Below, one piece after another: positions 53,891 to 64,000 of a stretch of DNA of 64,000 bases. A program made the position numbers and the translations under genes. A model generated the notes under the pieces. That model worked only from the letters and a program-made list of their open reading frames with translations. It was not told the origin of the DNA and ran no database searches. The stretch is from a virus. The DNA lies in IMG/VR virus record IMGVR_UViG_3300045988_179014, positions 64,001-128,000 of that record. One strand, written 5' to 3'. Each line of letters begins with the position of its first letter. The stretch's first letter is position 1.

Positions 53891-55792
53891 TCATGAATCC
53901 AGCATCTTCACCCAACGAGTCTTACCCGAATCCCAAACTTTGCTCAAACCGTTCAATTCCACCAATTCGGATTCGGTCAAACCATCTTGCCACAATAATT
54001 CCGGGTCTTTCATGAAACGTTGTTTACGAAACACAAACTTGTGGTATCTACAATTCTTCCAAACATACTTGTAATCTGGTGGCAATTCTCTGTCCAGTGT
54101 GAATCCATTGGAAACATACACAGTACCATCACTGACTTCATGGTCTGAGAAAGAAACAATCCGATGAACACCTGATAATTGAACAACAGCATATTTCAGC
54201 AATTTACTGAAACCACCAGGAACAGACACGGAAGTGGCGAAACGTTCCAATACAGCAGTCTCATTTTGCAGAGAAAATGACATAACCGCCACCAACGAAT
54301 TGGTCTCATCCACTAAACCAAAAGACCTGGTAAAATCCTTGAAACCCTGAATATGGTACGAATTCAAAAATTCACGAACCACATTCTTGTCAGGAATCAC
54401 ACCAACCGTTTTACGCGCCATGACACGACTGACACTCAACCCTAATTTGTGTCGTATCATAGATTTGACGATAGAAGAACGATAACACCAATCATCCTCC
54501 CAAATCTGCAATAATTGGACCTGTTTGTCATGACACTGTTTCCACTTGTTGTAATGATACTGACGAGGATTGGGACGTCCAGCTTCACGCATCACATTTT
54601 CTTGATGCCAATACACGCCATTCACTTCAATGGCCAAATGCTTGGATGGTATATAAACATCCAGCTCATATGGCGCAATAAGTGAACGGTCATGTCGCAC
54701 CACGGATTCAGACCCCACTAAACCTTCCACGAACTTTGCAATCTCCAACTCGCTCACTGATGCATTGGACCTGCATTGTCGACAACCACTGTAGCGACGT
54801 GAATAAACTGCCGCTTTCCAAGAATGTCCTTTTTGGCAACGCCACCAGACTTTTCGAGATGATTGAACTGTAACCATTTCTGGTCCATTACCATTCAAAA
54901 CCTCATCCCACTCACATGCAAGGTCAGGAGAAACTGTTTTCAAATCATTGAATCCCACCAAAACCCTAGTGTTTGAATTTGAACAATAAGGACAACCTGT
55001 GGATTGACGATGAGCCACTGATGCTTCCCAAGAATGTCCTCGGAAACACTGCCACCAATATTTGTTAGCTGTTCCATAAAGAACTTCGGATGGCGTCACC
55101 AACCCATTCTTTGATGGATGCCATTCCTGTGTCAGCTGCGGATTGACAGTAGCCAAATCGTTGAACCCGAACCATACTTTCCGATTAGCGCAATACGGAC
55201 ACCCTTGTCGTCTTTGACTTCGTTTAATTATGGATGCTTCCCACTCATGGTTGTTCACACACTTCCACCACACCTTTTTGGAACTGGTGTACAAAACCTC
55301 ACATAGTGATTCAAGATTTTTCACATTCCATTCCGGAACCAACTCTGGATTACAACTGGCCAAATCGTTGAAACCAGATAGAACCTTCCTGTTGGCACAA
55401 TAAGGACAACCTTGATTCCGTGTTGTACGATACTTGACTTTGGCTTCCCAAATATGACCCAAAACACATCGCCATGTGAATACTTGTGAACTGGTAGCAA
55501 GAATAGAACTTGTATCAGGTGTGTTCACGTCCATGATTAATTCTGCTGCTATTTGTGGGAACTGTGACTTCAAATCATTGAACCCAGCAAGCACTTTCCG
55601 ATTCGCACAATAAGGGCAACCACTGTGTCGATTGGATTTGTTGTTGACAGATGATTCATAAGAATGCCCTAATGAACACAACCAATACGCTTTGATGGAG
55701 GAACCTTGTGGAAGATGGTCAGGATTCAAATGAGAATTACGTTTCCAGCCCCATTCACTCATAAGTAACGGAGAATCTGATACATTCCGCAT
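53891..55792 (-). CDS. zinc-ribbon-repeat (DUF4379-like) protein with Vsr/DUF559-like endonuclease-type domain and conserved C-terminal domain; putative homing endonuclease
   Basis: Six or more CPYCANRKVL.GFNDL / W.C..GH.W repeats; LAIEVNGVYWHQ...QLLQIWEDDWCYRSS; C-terminal KVWDSGKTRWV shared with 17606 and 38324. Confidence 0.6.
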   Translation of the reverse strand: MRNVSDSPLLMSEWGWKRNSHLNPDHLPQGSSIKAYWLCSLGHSYESSVNNKSNRHSGCPYCANRKVLAGFNDLKSQFPQIAAELIMDVNTPDTSSILATSSQVFTWRCVLGHIWEAKVKYRTTRNQGCPYCANRKVLSGFNDLASCNPELVPEWNVKNLESLCEVLYTSSKKVWWKCVNNHEWEASIIKRSQRRQGCPYCANRKVWFGFNDLATVNPQLTQEWHPSKNGLVTPSEVLYGTANKYWWQCFRGHSWEASVAHRQSTGCPYCSNSNTRVLVGFNDLKTVSPDLACEWDEVLNGNGPEMVTVQSSRKVWWRCQKGHSWKAAVYSRRYSGCRQCRSNASVSELEIAKFVEGLVGSESVVRHDRSLIAPYELDVYIPSKHLAIEVNGVYWHQENVMREAGRPNPRQYHYNKWKQCHDKQVQLLQIWEDDWCYRSSIVKSMIRHKLGLSVSRVMARKTVGVIPDKNVVREFLNSYHIQGFKDFTRSFGLVDETNSLVAVMSFSLQNETAVLERFATSVSVPGGFSKLLKYAVVQLSGVHRIVSFSDHEVSDGTVYVSNGFTLDRELPPDYKYVWKNCRYHKFVFRKQRFMKDPELLWQDGLTESELVELNGLSKVWDSGKTRWVKMLDS

Positions 55793-55892
55793 TCATCCAC
55801 CTTCCATTTGTGTTCAGTGTATCCAAAAACCCAGAAGCCGTAATGAAAAAAACAACTTCTGGGTTTCAGGAATGTTTTAGTGTGTCATTGTT

Positions 55893-58067
55893 TTACAGTT
55901 GACATGATTCACAGTATTCAGCAGCAGTTCCCTCGATTTGAGTACCTGCTAAAGCTCGTTGTTTGATACGAGTGTAATAAAGGGTTTTGCATCCAGCTCT
56001 CCACGCTTTGATGTAGGCGCGATTCAGGTCTCTTGTGGTGGCTGTGTCAGGGAAAAACAGTGTTAGGGACAATCCTTGGTCCACATGTTGGGTAGCAGCT
56101 GCATATACGGCAATAATCGCGTCTGGGCCTATCTTGTATGCATCTCTATAGTATGGAATGGTGTCATCACTGAGATAAGGCGCAGGATAATACACGCGAC
56201 CAAGTTTGCCTTCTTTTCTAATCTCGACAGGTGCGGAAACAGGGTGGATTGAACTGGTGCTGTTATTGATGTATGAGATGCTTCCAGTTGGCGGTACTGC
56301 TTGCAAATTCTGGTGGTATAGTCCATGTGTTTTCACGTCTTCCGCCAACTGTATCCAATCCTGTGGTTTTGGAATATAAATACTGGACCGATGGAACAGG
56401 TTACGTACCTTTTCTGTCTCAGGTTGTGACCAATCCTTGTCAATGTATTTCTGGAAGAACTCACCAGAAGCGTATTTCGAGTCCTCAAACCCATCAAAAG
56501 TTTCACCACGTTCTTTAGCAATTTTGTTGGATGCTCGTAATGCTTGATACAGAACTGCGTAAAAGTAAATATTGGTGAAATCCACTGCTTCAGGGGAGTC
56601 GTAATGAATGTGTTCTCTGGCTAGGAATCCGTGAAGATTCATTTGTCCCAACCCAATGGCATGTGAACGCTTATTCCCGGATTCAATTGAAGGCACTGAT
56701 GCAATATTGGACAAATCTGACACTGAGGTCAATGCACGTACAGCTGTTTCCACTGTTCTGGCAAAATTGGGGGAATCGAAAGACAACGCAATATTCATGG
56801 AACCGAGATTACATGAGATGTCTTTTCCAACATGTTTGTAATTCATGTTTTCATGATATGTGGACGCTTCAGAGACCTGTAGAATCTCTGAACACAAATT
56901 GGACATGTTGATGCGCCCTTTAATCGGATTTGTACGATTGGCGGTATCTTCAAACAATATGTATGGGTAACCAGATTCAAATTGGATTTCTGCAATGGTT
57001 TGGAAGAACTGGCGTGCTTTTACTTTGCTTTTTCGGATTCTGTTGTCATTTACCATCTCATGATACTTTTCAGTAATGGAAATGTCTGACAGAGGGATTC
57101 CGTATACTCGTTCCACATCATATGGAGAAAACAGATACATGTCATCATTGTTTTTAGCGAGTTCGAAAGTAATGTCTGGAATCACTACGCCCAAAGAGAG
57201 GGTTTTGATACGAATTTTTTCGTCGGCATTTTCGCGTTTGGTGTCAAGGAAACGCATGATGTCTGGATGATGAGCGTTGAGATATACTGCTCCTGCTCCT
57301 TGACGTGCACCCAACTGATTGGCGTAAGAGAATGCATCCTCCAAAAGTTTCATCACAGGTATGACTCCACTGGACTGATTCTCGATTTGTTTGATAGGTG
57401 CTCCCTGTTCACGCAGGTTTGTCAAGTTGAGAGCCACACCACCACCGCGTTTCGATAATTGCAGGGATGAGCTGATACCACGTGCGATGGATTCCATGTT
57501 GTCCTCAAGCCGCATCAGGAAACAGCTAACCAGTTCCCCTCGTTGTGCACGTCCAGCATTGAGAAAAGTTGGTGTTGCAGGTTGGAAACGTCCAGTCATT
57601 ATTTCATCCAGGATTGTTTCAGCCAGTTTTTCGTCACCATGAGCCAAGTAGAGTGATACCATGGTCACACGGTCCTCAAAACGCTCCAAGTAACGTTTTC
57701 CGTTGAAGGTTTTCAGGGTGTATGCTGAATAATATTTGAAAGCGCCAAGGAAACTCTGGAAGCGGAATTTGAACGCATACGCTCTCTTGTACAGGGACTT
57801 CACAAAATCAAAAGCGTATTGTTCTATCACATCTTCTTCATAGTATCCATTGTCAACCAAATACTCCAGTTTTTCTTCCAAATCGTGAAAATACACTGTG
57901 TTCTGGTTGACATGCTGGAGAAAGAATTGACGGGCGGCTTGACGGTCAGCATCCACTTGTAGACGACCATCACTCCCAACCAAGTTAAGTTTGGCGTTCA
58001 ATGCATGATAGTCCATTTCGGGGGTGCTGGTTTCGTCATAGTCAATGGCATTATTGGGTGCTGACAT
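55893..58067 (-). CDS. nrdE: ribonucleotide reductase class I large subunit (NrdE/NrdA-like)
   Basis: 724 aa; active-site region [12 protein letters not shown]; [12 protein letters not shown]; C-terminal ...EYCESCQL cysteine pair; no ATP-cone at the N-terminus (class Ib-like). Confidence 0.85.
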   Translation of the reverse strand: MSAPNNAIDYDETSTPEMDYHALNAKLNLVGSDGRLQVDADRQAARQFFLQHVNQNTVYFHDLEEKLEYLVDNGYYEEDVIEQYAFDFVKSLYKRAYAFKFRFQSFLGAFKYYSAYTLKTFNGKRYLERFEDRVTMVSLYLAHGDEKLAETILDEIMTGRFQPATPTFLNAGRAQRGELVSCFLMRLEDNMESIARGISSSLQLSKRGGGVALNLTNLREQGAPIKQIENQSSGVIPVMKLLEDAFSYANQLGARQGAGAVYLNAHHPDIMRFLDTKRENADEKIRIKTLSLGVVIPDITFELAKNNDDMYLFSPYDVERVYGIPLSDISITEKYHEMVNDNRIRKSKVKARQFFQTIAEIQFESGYPYILFEDTANRTNPIKGRINMSNLCSEILQVSEASTYHENMNYKHVGKDISCNLGSMNIALSFDSPNFARTVETAVRALTSVSDLSNIASVPSIESGNKRSHAIGLGQMNLHGFLAREHIHYDSPEAVDFTNIYFYAVLYQALRASNKIAKERGETFDGFEDSKYASGEFFQKYIDKDWSQPETEKVRNLFHRSSIYIPKPQDWIQLAEDVKTHGLYHQNLQAVPPTGSISYINNSTSSIHPVSAPVEIRKEGKLGRVYYPAPYLSDDTIPYYRDAYKIGPDAIIAVYAAATQHVDQGLSLTLFFPDTATTRDLNRAYIKAWRAGCKTLYYTRIKQRALAGTQIEGTAAEYCESCQL

Positions 58068-58307
58068 TGGTGAGTGCTCCTTAAATGTTTAATGTGGTTC
58101 CGGTTTTTCTAACACAACATTTGATAACCAGAAAAACCCGAGAACGGCAGATTCTACTTGGTTTATTTCAAAAGTCGAATATTACGAAATTGGTTGGTTC
58201 GTTAAAAATCTACACAATGAGAACAGTAGATGTATTTATCACTGTATCAACTTTGGCGAGAGTGATTCATGTCATAAAACAGGTAATGTTGAAGCTCGTC
58301 CAATGTC

Positions 58308-58919
58308 TCAATCTTCACTGTCGTCATCAATGGGGTCAAGTCCTAAACGCTCCCGACGACGATTTTCCCGATTACGCTCTTTAGCTCTTTGAGCAGCTTG
58401 GCGCGCTTCCTCGCGTAGTCTGAGTTCTCGTTCAAATCGAGTGTCTCTTACATCTGGAATATTCAATTCTTCACGTGCTGCTTCGTCTTTGGTGGTGCGC
58501 ATGAAAGCGAACAATGCTATCACAATAACTACGAAAATGGATGAAATAATGGTGTATCCAATACGGTATCCATTAGCGTACAAGACAACAACCATGATAG
58601 CCGCTACAACCGCTGAAACACGTCTACGCCAAGTTGGGGAGAGACGCAAACGGTATGGTATCCAGTTAGGGTCACCAGATGTTTTCGCGTAATGCAAAAA
58701 CAGGCTCACAGCATATCCAAAAATAAACATTGTGACAGAATATGGAAGCAGGAATCCACTTCGAACCAGATTTCCCCAACCCCCAAATGGTAAGAAAGCA
58801 TCCAATAGAATTGCTATCACAGTACCCAGAACAGTACCTATACCGGACCACAGGAAAAGACGACGTGGTTGTTGGTTGTACTCACGGCGAATACGAACCA
58901 AGAATTTGCGGAACAACAT
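58308..58919 (-). CDS. membrane protein with charged C-terminal tail
   Basis: 203 aa; 4 hydrophobic helices; RLREEARQAAQRAKERNRENRRRER tail. Confidence 0.5.
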   Translation of the reverse strand: MLFRKFLVRIRREYNQQPRRLFLWSGIGTVLGTVIAILLDAFLPFGGWGNLVRSGFLLPYSVTMFIFGYAVSLFLHYAKTSGDPNWIPYRLRLSPTWRRRVSAVVAAIMVVVLYANGYRIGYTIISSIFVVIVIALFAFMRTTKDEAAREELNIPDVRDTRFERELRLREEARQAAQRAKERNRENRRRERLGLDPIDDDSED

Positions 58920-61633
58920 TAAATCATCCTCTCCTCTGCCTCAAATTTTTCTTTACTGTCGCGTAACGCTTGCTCTCGGAATGGGGATTTGAGAATTGCT
59001 TTCGCGGTTTCTTTGGCTTCATTGATTCGGTCAGCATGTTTCGCTAAACTGGCAAAAATCATTTCTGACCTTCCCGATTGTTCGACACTAAATAATTTAC
59101 CTTCTCCACGTGTTGACAAATCAGCTTTGGCAATAGCAAATCCGTCCTCATTTTCTACCAACGCCTGAAGACGCGATTGTGCCGCTTCTGTCGAGCCCAA
59201 AGAAACCAAATAGCAAATGGATGGTTTGTTGCTTCGTCCAACTCTTCCACGAATTTGGTGTAATGATGCACTTCCCAGCCGCTCAGCCGATAAAACCACT
59301 ACTCGTGTTGCATCTGGAATGTCAACACCAACTTCCACCACCAATGAAGAGACCAGAACATCATAATCGTGGTCTCGGAATGCGGCCATTACTTCTTGTT
59401 GTTGTTCAGATTTCATTTGCCCGTGAACCAGACCAATACGTAAACCTGACAGAGACAAACTGGAAAGGTTCTTGAATGTACGTTCCACTGATGCTGCATC
59501 AATTTTATCGGATTCAGACACCAGTGGAGCAATGATGAAAGTTTGGTTTCCTTTATGAGCTTCATTGATGACATCAGTCCAAATCTCATTGGTGGCCTGT
59601 TCCAACACACTCAACGAATCCTCTTGAACCCATTTGGTCACAATAGGTAAACGACCGGGAGGTTTTTCACGTAACTCAATCATATCCACATCACCATAGA
59701 ACACTTGCGCTGTGCTTCGTGGAATAGGGGTTGCTGTTTGCATCATTATGTGAGGTATGGAACCATCTACCCGAGCTGAAAGCATTCGACTTCTTTGTTG
59801 CGCCCCGAATTTCTGCTGCTCATCAATGGCGACAAAACCCAAATTATAGTATTCAATACTTGTCATGGCGGTTGGTGTGCCCACGATAATGTTGGTTTCA
59901 CCACTAGCAATACGAGCCATCATTGCCCGTTTGTCCTTGGCTTTCATTTTTGACTTCACAAAATCCAGTGTGATGTTTCTGGCATCCCGACCCATGGCAT
60001 TCAGCAGTTTCTCAAACCCATGATGAAGCTGGGTGGCCAAAACCTCAGTTGGTGCCACAACAACCGCTTGATAACCTGCATCCACAGCTCGTAACGCGGC
60101 CAGCTGAGCAATAACAGATTTACCTGCTCCAACATCAGCATTCAGTAATGTCATGGATGCATGTGAAGACGCCAAAAAACGATTCATGGTGACAGTAGCA
60201 CGTTTCTGGTCTTTTGTAAGCTGGAAAGGTAGCGCTCTAATACCTCGTGCTTGTAGTTTCTGTTCACCTTCCAACATCGCCAAACCAGGGCGACCGGCGT
60301 TTTTGGTTTTGGCGTCCTGAATCAAAATCTGCATATGCACCAATTCATAAAACGCCAAAGTGTCCAATGCTTCCCTGTGACGTTGCATACTGGAAGGAAA
60401 ATGAAGTTCAGTCAACGCTTCACAGTAATTCATGCGCCCTTCCTGCCGAAGGTAAGCCGGCAGTTTGATGTTACCCAATCGTGAAAGAAGCTCCCGGTTG
60501 GCTGACATGATGAAATAGGTTGTAACACCTTTGGACGGTGATTGTTTGTACACCGGAACAATAGGAAGAACTATAGCTTCATCAGCATGCTCAATAGAAC
60601 TCCCACTGATTTGTGGGGTGTGATTCCACCAAGAGAATTTACCTGTAACCAACACATTGTTACCAATTTTGAATTTGTTGGTTAACCATTTTTGATTGAA
60701 GAAAGTACTTCTAATTGTATGACCTGTATTGGTTTTAACTTTGAAAACCGCTCCACCACGACCAGAAGTAATTTCCCCAACTTCTTCCAATGTGCCTACA
60801 ACAACTGCGGTTTCCCCTTCAATCAAATCTTTGAAATCTTGAGGTTGTGATTTATCAATGTAGCGTTTAGGCAATGAAAAAAGTAAATCATACAAACTGT
60901 CAATTCCCAGACTGCTAAGTTTCTCTTCCAAAGTCTGTTTTGATGTTTTCAAAGCTTTCCAGGATTGATGATTTGCAGACACAATATTGAGTGCACTGAC
61001 AGGAATAGTTTTCAATGATTGTAGTGTTCCATCAAAACCAACAATAGGTTCCCGGTTCAACTGTAATACTTGACGGTCGAATTGGATTTTGGGGAATGGT
61101 GATTCCATGGTTTCAGACATTGCTTCCAAATCCAAAACTCGTGCAATGTCAATTCGATAACCATTTTTTACAGGATAACCATGAACTTTCCTTACCAAAT
61201 CACGATACAACTTAATATTGGGTATTGTGATGTTTACATGTTTCCCATCCTCGGACAATTCAGCACGTGGGACAGGAATCGTGTCAGCAGCCGAAGCCAG
61301 AATTTTGGCATCAGTGGAGTCAATGATGGTTTTATAATTTCTCAAAGCTTGCCGCAAAACATAAGCATTCAGTGGTCCCATACGCATTGCATAATGATTG
61401 GTACCATCTGATGATTCAACCAGTCGTAAACCCAAAAGATTGACGAACAACCCACCACTTAAATCTTGCTGTGAAAACAGATGAATGTCTTGTTCGTCCA
61501 ATGTCAACACAACTTGTTTTCCATACACTTCAGGCAAAAGAGTACTGGTTTGTGTATAGGAGGATGTTTCAGGGGATGGTAGAGATGATTCAGTGGTTAG
61601 CTCCTCATCTGCCCACAAATCTATTTCTGTCAT
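58919..61633 (-). CDS. RecG/Mfd-like SF2 DNA helicase with extended N-terminal region
   Basis: GAGKSVIA (Walker A); IDEQQKFGAQQR (DEQH-type motif II of RecG/Mfd); QTATPIPRS; HQIRGRVGRS (motif VI). Confidence 0.75.
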   Translation of the reverse strand: MTEIDLWADEELTTESSLPSPETSSYTQTSTLLPEVYGKQVVLTLDEQDIHLFSQQDLSGGLFVNLLGLRLVESSDGTNHYAMRMGPLNAYVLRQALRNYKTIIDSTDAKILASAADTIPVPRAELSEDGKHVNITIPNIKLYRDLVRKVHGYPVKNGYRIDIARVLDLEAMSETMESPFPKIQFDRQVLQLNREPIVGFDGTLQSLKTIPVSALNIVSANHQSWKALKTSKQTLEEKLSSLGIDSLYDLLFSLPKRYIDKSQPQDFKDLIEGETAVVVGTLEEVGEITSGRGGAVFKVKTNTGHTIRSTFFNQKWLTNKFKIGNNVLVTGKFSWWNHTPQISGSSIEHADEAIVLPIVPVYKQSPSKGVTTYFIMSANRELLSRLGNIKLPAYLRQEGRMNYCEALTELHFPSSMQRHREALDTLAFYELVHMQILIQDAKTKNAGRPGLAMLEGEQKLQARGIRALPFQLTKDQKRATVTMNRFLASSHASMTLLNADVGAGKSVIAQLAALRAVDAGYQAVVVAPTEVLATQLHHGFEKLLNAMGRDARNITLDFVKSKMKAKDKRAMMARIASGETNIIVGTPTAMTSIEYYNLGFVAIDEQQKFGAQQRSRMLSARVDGSIPHIMMQTATPIPRSTAQVFYGDVDMIELREKPPGRLPIVTKWVQEDSLSVLEQATNEIWTDVINEAHKGNQTFIIAPLVSESDKIDAASVERTFKNLSSLSLSGLRIGLVHGQMKSEQQQEVMAAFRDHDYDVLVSSLVVEVGVDIPDATRVVVLSAERLGSASLHQIRGRVGRSNKPSICYLVSLGSTEAAQSRLQALVENEDGFAIAKADLSTRGEGKLFSVEQSGRSEMIFASLAKHADRINEAKETAKAILKSPFREQALRDSKEKFEAEERMI

Positions 61634-61652
61634 GTTTTGCTTTCATTGAATC

Positions 61653-62435
61653 TTATTCGCCTTGCGCAGCTTTCAGCACATTCTGGGTTGCCACAATGTA
61701 TTCAATAATCTGTTTGTCCAACCCATTGATGCTTTCCTCCAGCTCTTTTGCATATGTCAGCTGGTCAGCATTATCTGTGAAGTTCTTACCCGTCAAAGCT
61801 GTAACCAGATTACCAAGACTGCGAAGTACATCATTTGATAGACGAAGAATGTAGAAGACTCGTTCCACTCGCTCTCTTTCACTGGCGGAATCACGTAATG
61901 CTTCCATGGTTTTACCGAGCATGGGGTCAGCATTTAATGCACGTACCACCACTTTGGCTTCATCATCAACGTTCTCAACATCTATGAACTGGATAACCAT
62001 ACTGCGTACAGTCTGACTTAAACCACGATAAGTGTCCAAAACATTGATAATGCGTTGAGTCTCGTTGATGAAATGTGTTTCGGTTTTCATGGTCAGTTTA
62101 CGCTCAACAGGAGATTCATGTGAAGTAGTATGAGGTTTTTCACTTACCATGTTAGGTTCGGAATTGTCATAAGTGGTTTGATTATGTGCAACTGGCTCAT
62201 TGGTAGTGTTCACTGTCTCAACACTTGTAGACATGACCGTGGTGGTTGTAGTATCTGTAACCTGAGAATCTGATGTGTAGGTAGTATTGTCATCAAAGAA
62301 ATGTGCTGTATCTTCTTCCCCATCAGTGTCCGCTCCCATATTGGCCACTGTCAGCAATTCATCCAAACTGTTGCCATCATCAATTGCGAAACCTGAGCCT
62401 TCATTCTCAATGCCAAAATCGTCATTGTCAGTCAT
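61653..62435 (-). CDS. hypothetical protein with acidic N-terminal region
   Basis: Start moved to Met20 (GGAG upstream) to remove overlap with the upstream gene. Confidence 0.45.
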   Translation of the reverse strand: MTDNDDFGIENEGSGFAIDDGNSLDELLTVANMGADTDGEEDTAHFFDDNTTYTSDSQVTDTTTTTVMSTSVETVNTTNEPVAHNQTTYDNSEPNMVSEKPHTTSHESPVERKLTMKTETHFINETQRIINVLDTYRGLSQTVRSMVIQFIDVENVDDEAKVVVRALNADPMLGKTMEALRDSASERERVERVFYILRLSNDVLRSLGNLVTALTGKNFTDNADQLTYAKELEESINGLDKQIIEYIVATQNVLKAAQGE

Positions 62436-62451
62436 AGAAGCTATTCTCCGT

Positions 62452-63984
62452 TCAGTAATCATCAACCGAAATCGTTTTAGTGCTCTTGTCAAAACTTAAA
62501 ACGATTTCTTTGTTTTTGTTGTCAGAATGGTTACGTTTGACCATACTGTGAGCAACAGGATTGGACACATGTTTTAACACCACTCGCTGAATCTCGCGAG
62601 CACCATATTTGGATACATCAGATTTAGCTAGCAGTTCTTGAAGAATATCATCGCTAATAGTTGCAAGAGAGTATCCATTTGTCGCCATTCTTTCCGCAAG
62701 TATTCCAATTTCTTTCATTACAATTTTACGGGCGGTATCTGTAGAAAGTTCATTAAAAATGACAATCTCATCCAAACGGTTAATCAGTTCAGGACGAAAT
62801 TCAGCTTCTACTGCTTTCATGACAATATTTTTTGCATTTTTCTGTCGCTGAGTGTAAGCCTCATTATCAGTTGAGAAATTAAAACCTGTAGATGGTTTCA
62901 TCAAATCTGTGGCGCCTAGATTACTGGTCATGATAATGATGCATTGTGTGAAATCAACTGTTTGTCCCATACCATCAGTCATACGTCCAGCATCAAGAAT
63001 TTGTAGGAAACTGTCCCAAATTTTTGGATGTGCTTTTTCGATTTCATCCAGCAATACAACAGATTTGGGGTTTTCACGTACAGCATTTGTTAGCACCCCA
63101 CCTTGTTCAAATCCTGTGTATCCAGGAGGTGCGCCCAAAAGTTTCGCGGCCTCATGGGATTGACTGTATTCCGACATATCAATACGGACAACATGGAAAG
63201 GTTCTTCAGCAATATTTTCAGCAAGTGTCAATGCCATCTTTGTTTTCCCCACACCTGTTGGACCCAAAAACAGTAATGACCTCAGAGGTTTTTGAGAATC
63301 ATTCAACCCGGCTGCTGGCACTACCAAGCCATTAATCAAGGATTGTACAGCAGAATCCTGACCCATAACCTCATTTGTCAATATTTGTTGAAGTTTGGAC
63401 ATGTCATTGAAAACAATTGGCGTTTTTTCGTGATTATCGTTTTTGTCACTACCAGCATTCACACTCTGTCCTAAAGCGGCCAATAGATTTGAAGGAAGTG
63501 CGATACCAATACTCTCACCTTCTGGTCCACGCAACATGACTGCCGATAAGCTTTCATCTTCTGCAACACCTGGAATATAAGAGACCAACTCATCTTGAAG
63601 CTCATTGAATACATTGCCAATAATACGACTAACAACAACTTCATTGTTGCGATTACGGTATTCTGGTGATTCTGACAATGCCAATATGCCACCTAAACGA
63701 CGAATAGCCATCATCCATGCCCCAATAGGAGGATAAATAAGCCCTTTTCGGCCTTCTTCACGGCTAACCAATTCCGGGGTTTGTCTGATAGCATAAGAAA
63801 CAAACCTTGTAATCAATTTTTTGGTGACATCAATGTTGAATGTTTCTTGTATTTGTTTGTTGAGTGCAAGGTGTAAAAGATTTACGAGTTCTGTACGTTT
63901 CAAAGACAATTCTACAGTGTCAGTAAAACTCCAACTTGACCAAATCTTTGTAATACCTTGTTGTTCCAGTTGGTGGATTCCCAT
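62452..63984 (-). CDS. Clp/Hsp100-family AAA+ ATPase with a single D2-type domain
   Basis: LLFLGPTGVGKTKMALTLA (Walker A); SEYSQSHEAAKLLGAPPGYTGF; VVLLDEIEKAHP (Walker B); LQILDAGRMTDGMGQTVDF; IIIMTSN (sensor 1). These are near-identical to ClpA/ClpB D2 signatures. Confidence 0.75.
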   Translation of the reverse strand: MGIHQLEQQGITKIWSSWSFTDTVELSLKRTELVNLLHLALNKQIQETFNIDVTKKLITRFVSYAIRQTPELVSREEGRKGLIYPPIGAWMMAIRRLGGILALSESPEYRNRNNEVVVSRIIGNVFNELQDELVSYIPGVAEDESLSAVMLRGPEGESIGIALPSNLLAALGQSVNAGSDKNDNHEKTPIVFNDMSKLQQILTNEVMGQDSAVQSLINGLVVPAAGLNDSQKPLRSLLFLGPTGVGKTKMALTLAENIAEEPFHVVRIDMSEYSQSHEAAKLLGAPPGYTGFEQGGVLTNAVRENPKSVVLLDEIEKAHPKIWDSFLQILDAGRMTDGMGQTVDFTQCIIIMTSNLGATDLMKPSTGFNFSTDNEAYTQRQKNAKNIVMKAVEAEFRPELINRLDEIVIFNELSTDTARKIVMKEIGILAERMATNGYSLATISDDILQELLAKSDVSKYGAREIQRVVLKHVSNPVAHSMVKRNHSDNKNKEIVLSFDKSTKTISVDDY

Positions 63985-64000
63985 GAAATTATTGTGATTC

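Overview
This 64-kb window is very gene-dense, about 40% GC, and almost entirely encoded on the minus strand. It reads like a segment of a very large (jumbo or huge) bacteriophage genome, or a phage-like element. All calls below come from reading the sequence and the supplied ORF track by eye; no searches were run, and hand-derived coordinates (tRNAs, hairpins, repeats) may be off by 1-2 nt.

Main contents:
- Replication and nucleotide-metabolism module: a DnaE-type polymerase split in two, with a dnaX-like clamp-loader gene between the halves; RecG-like, Dda/Pif1-like and SNF2-type helicases (the SNF2 gene carries an intein with a LAGLIDADG endonuclease); SbcD/Mre11; a class I RNR large subunit; dCMP deaminase; MazG-like NTP pyrophosphatase; HAD hydrolase.
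- A minus-strand tRNA array of about 40 genes covering all 20 amino acids (23.6-35.4 kb), plus a tmRNA gene with a near-consensus promoter and terminator.
- Inside the tRNA array: an Rsr/Ro60 (TROVE+vWA) homolog; a candidate YrlA-like Y RNA; a roughly 800-nt ORF-free, GC-rich hairpin-rich segment that is a candidate large structured ncRNA; three short-variable-arm (type I) tRNAs carrying leucine anticodons; two Arg-anticodon tRNA-like genes lacking a D-arm; an apparently permuted tRNA.
- Four zinc-ribbon-repeat endonuclease-like paralogs (one frameshifted), and a fifth, more distant endonuclease-like gene running off the window start.
- Three NERD-domain proteins, two LURP-one-like (DUF567) paralogs with local duplications, and envelope proteins (type I signal peptidase, PASTA-repeat protein, NlpC/P60 peptidase, lipoprotein, Clp-type ATPase).
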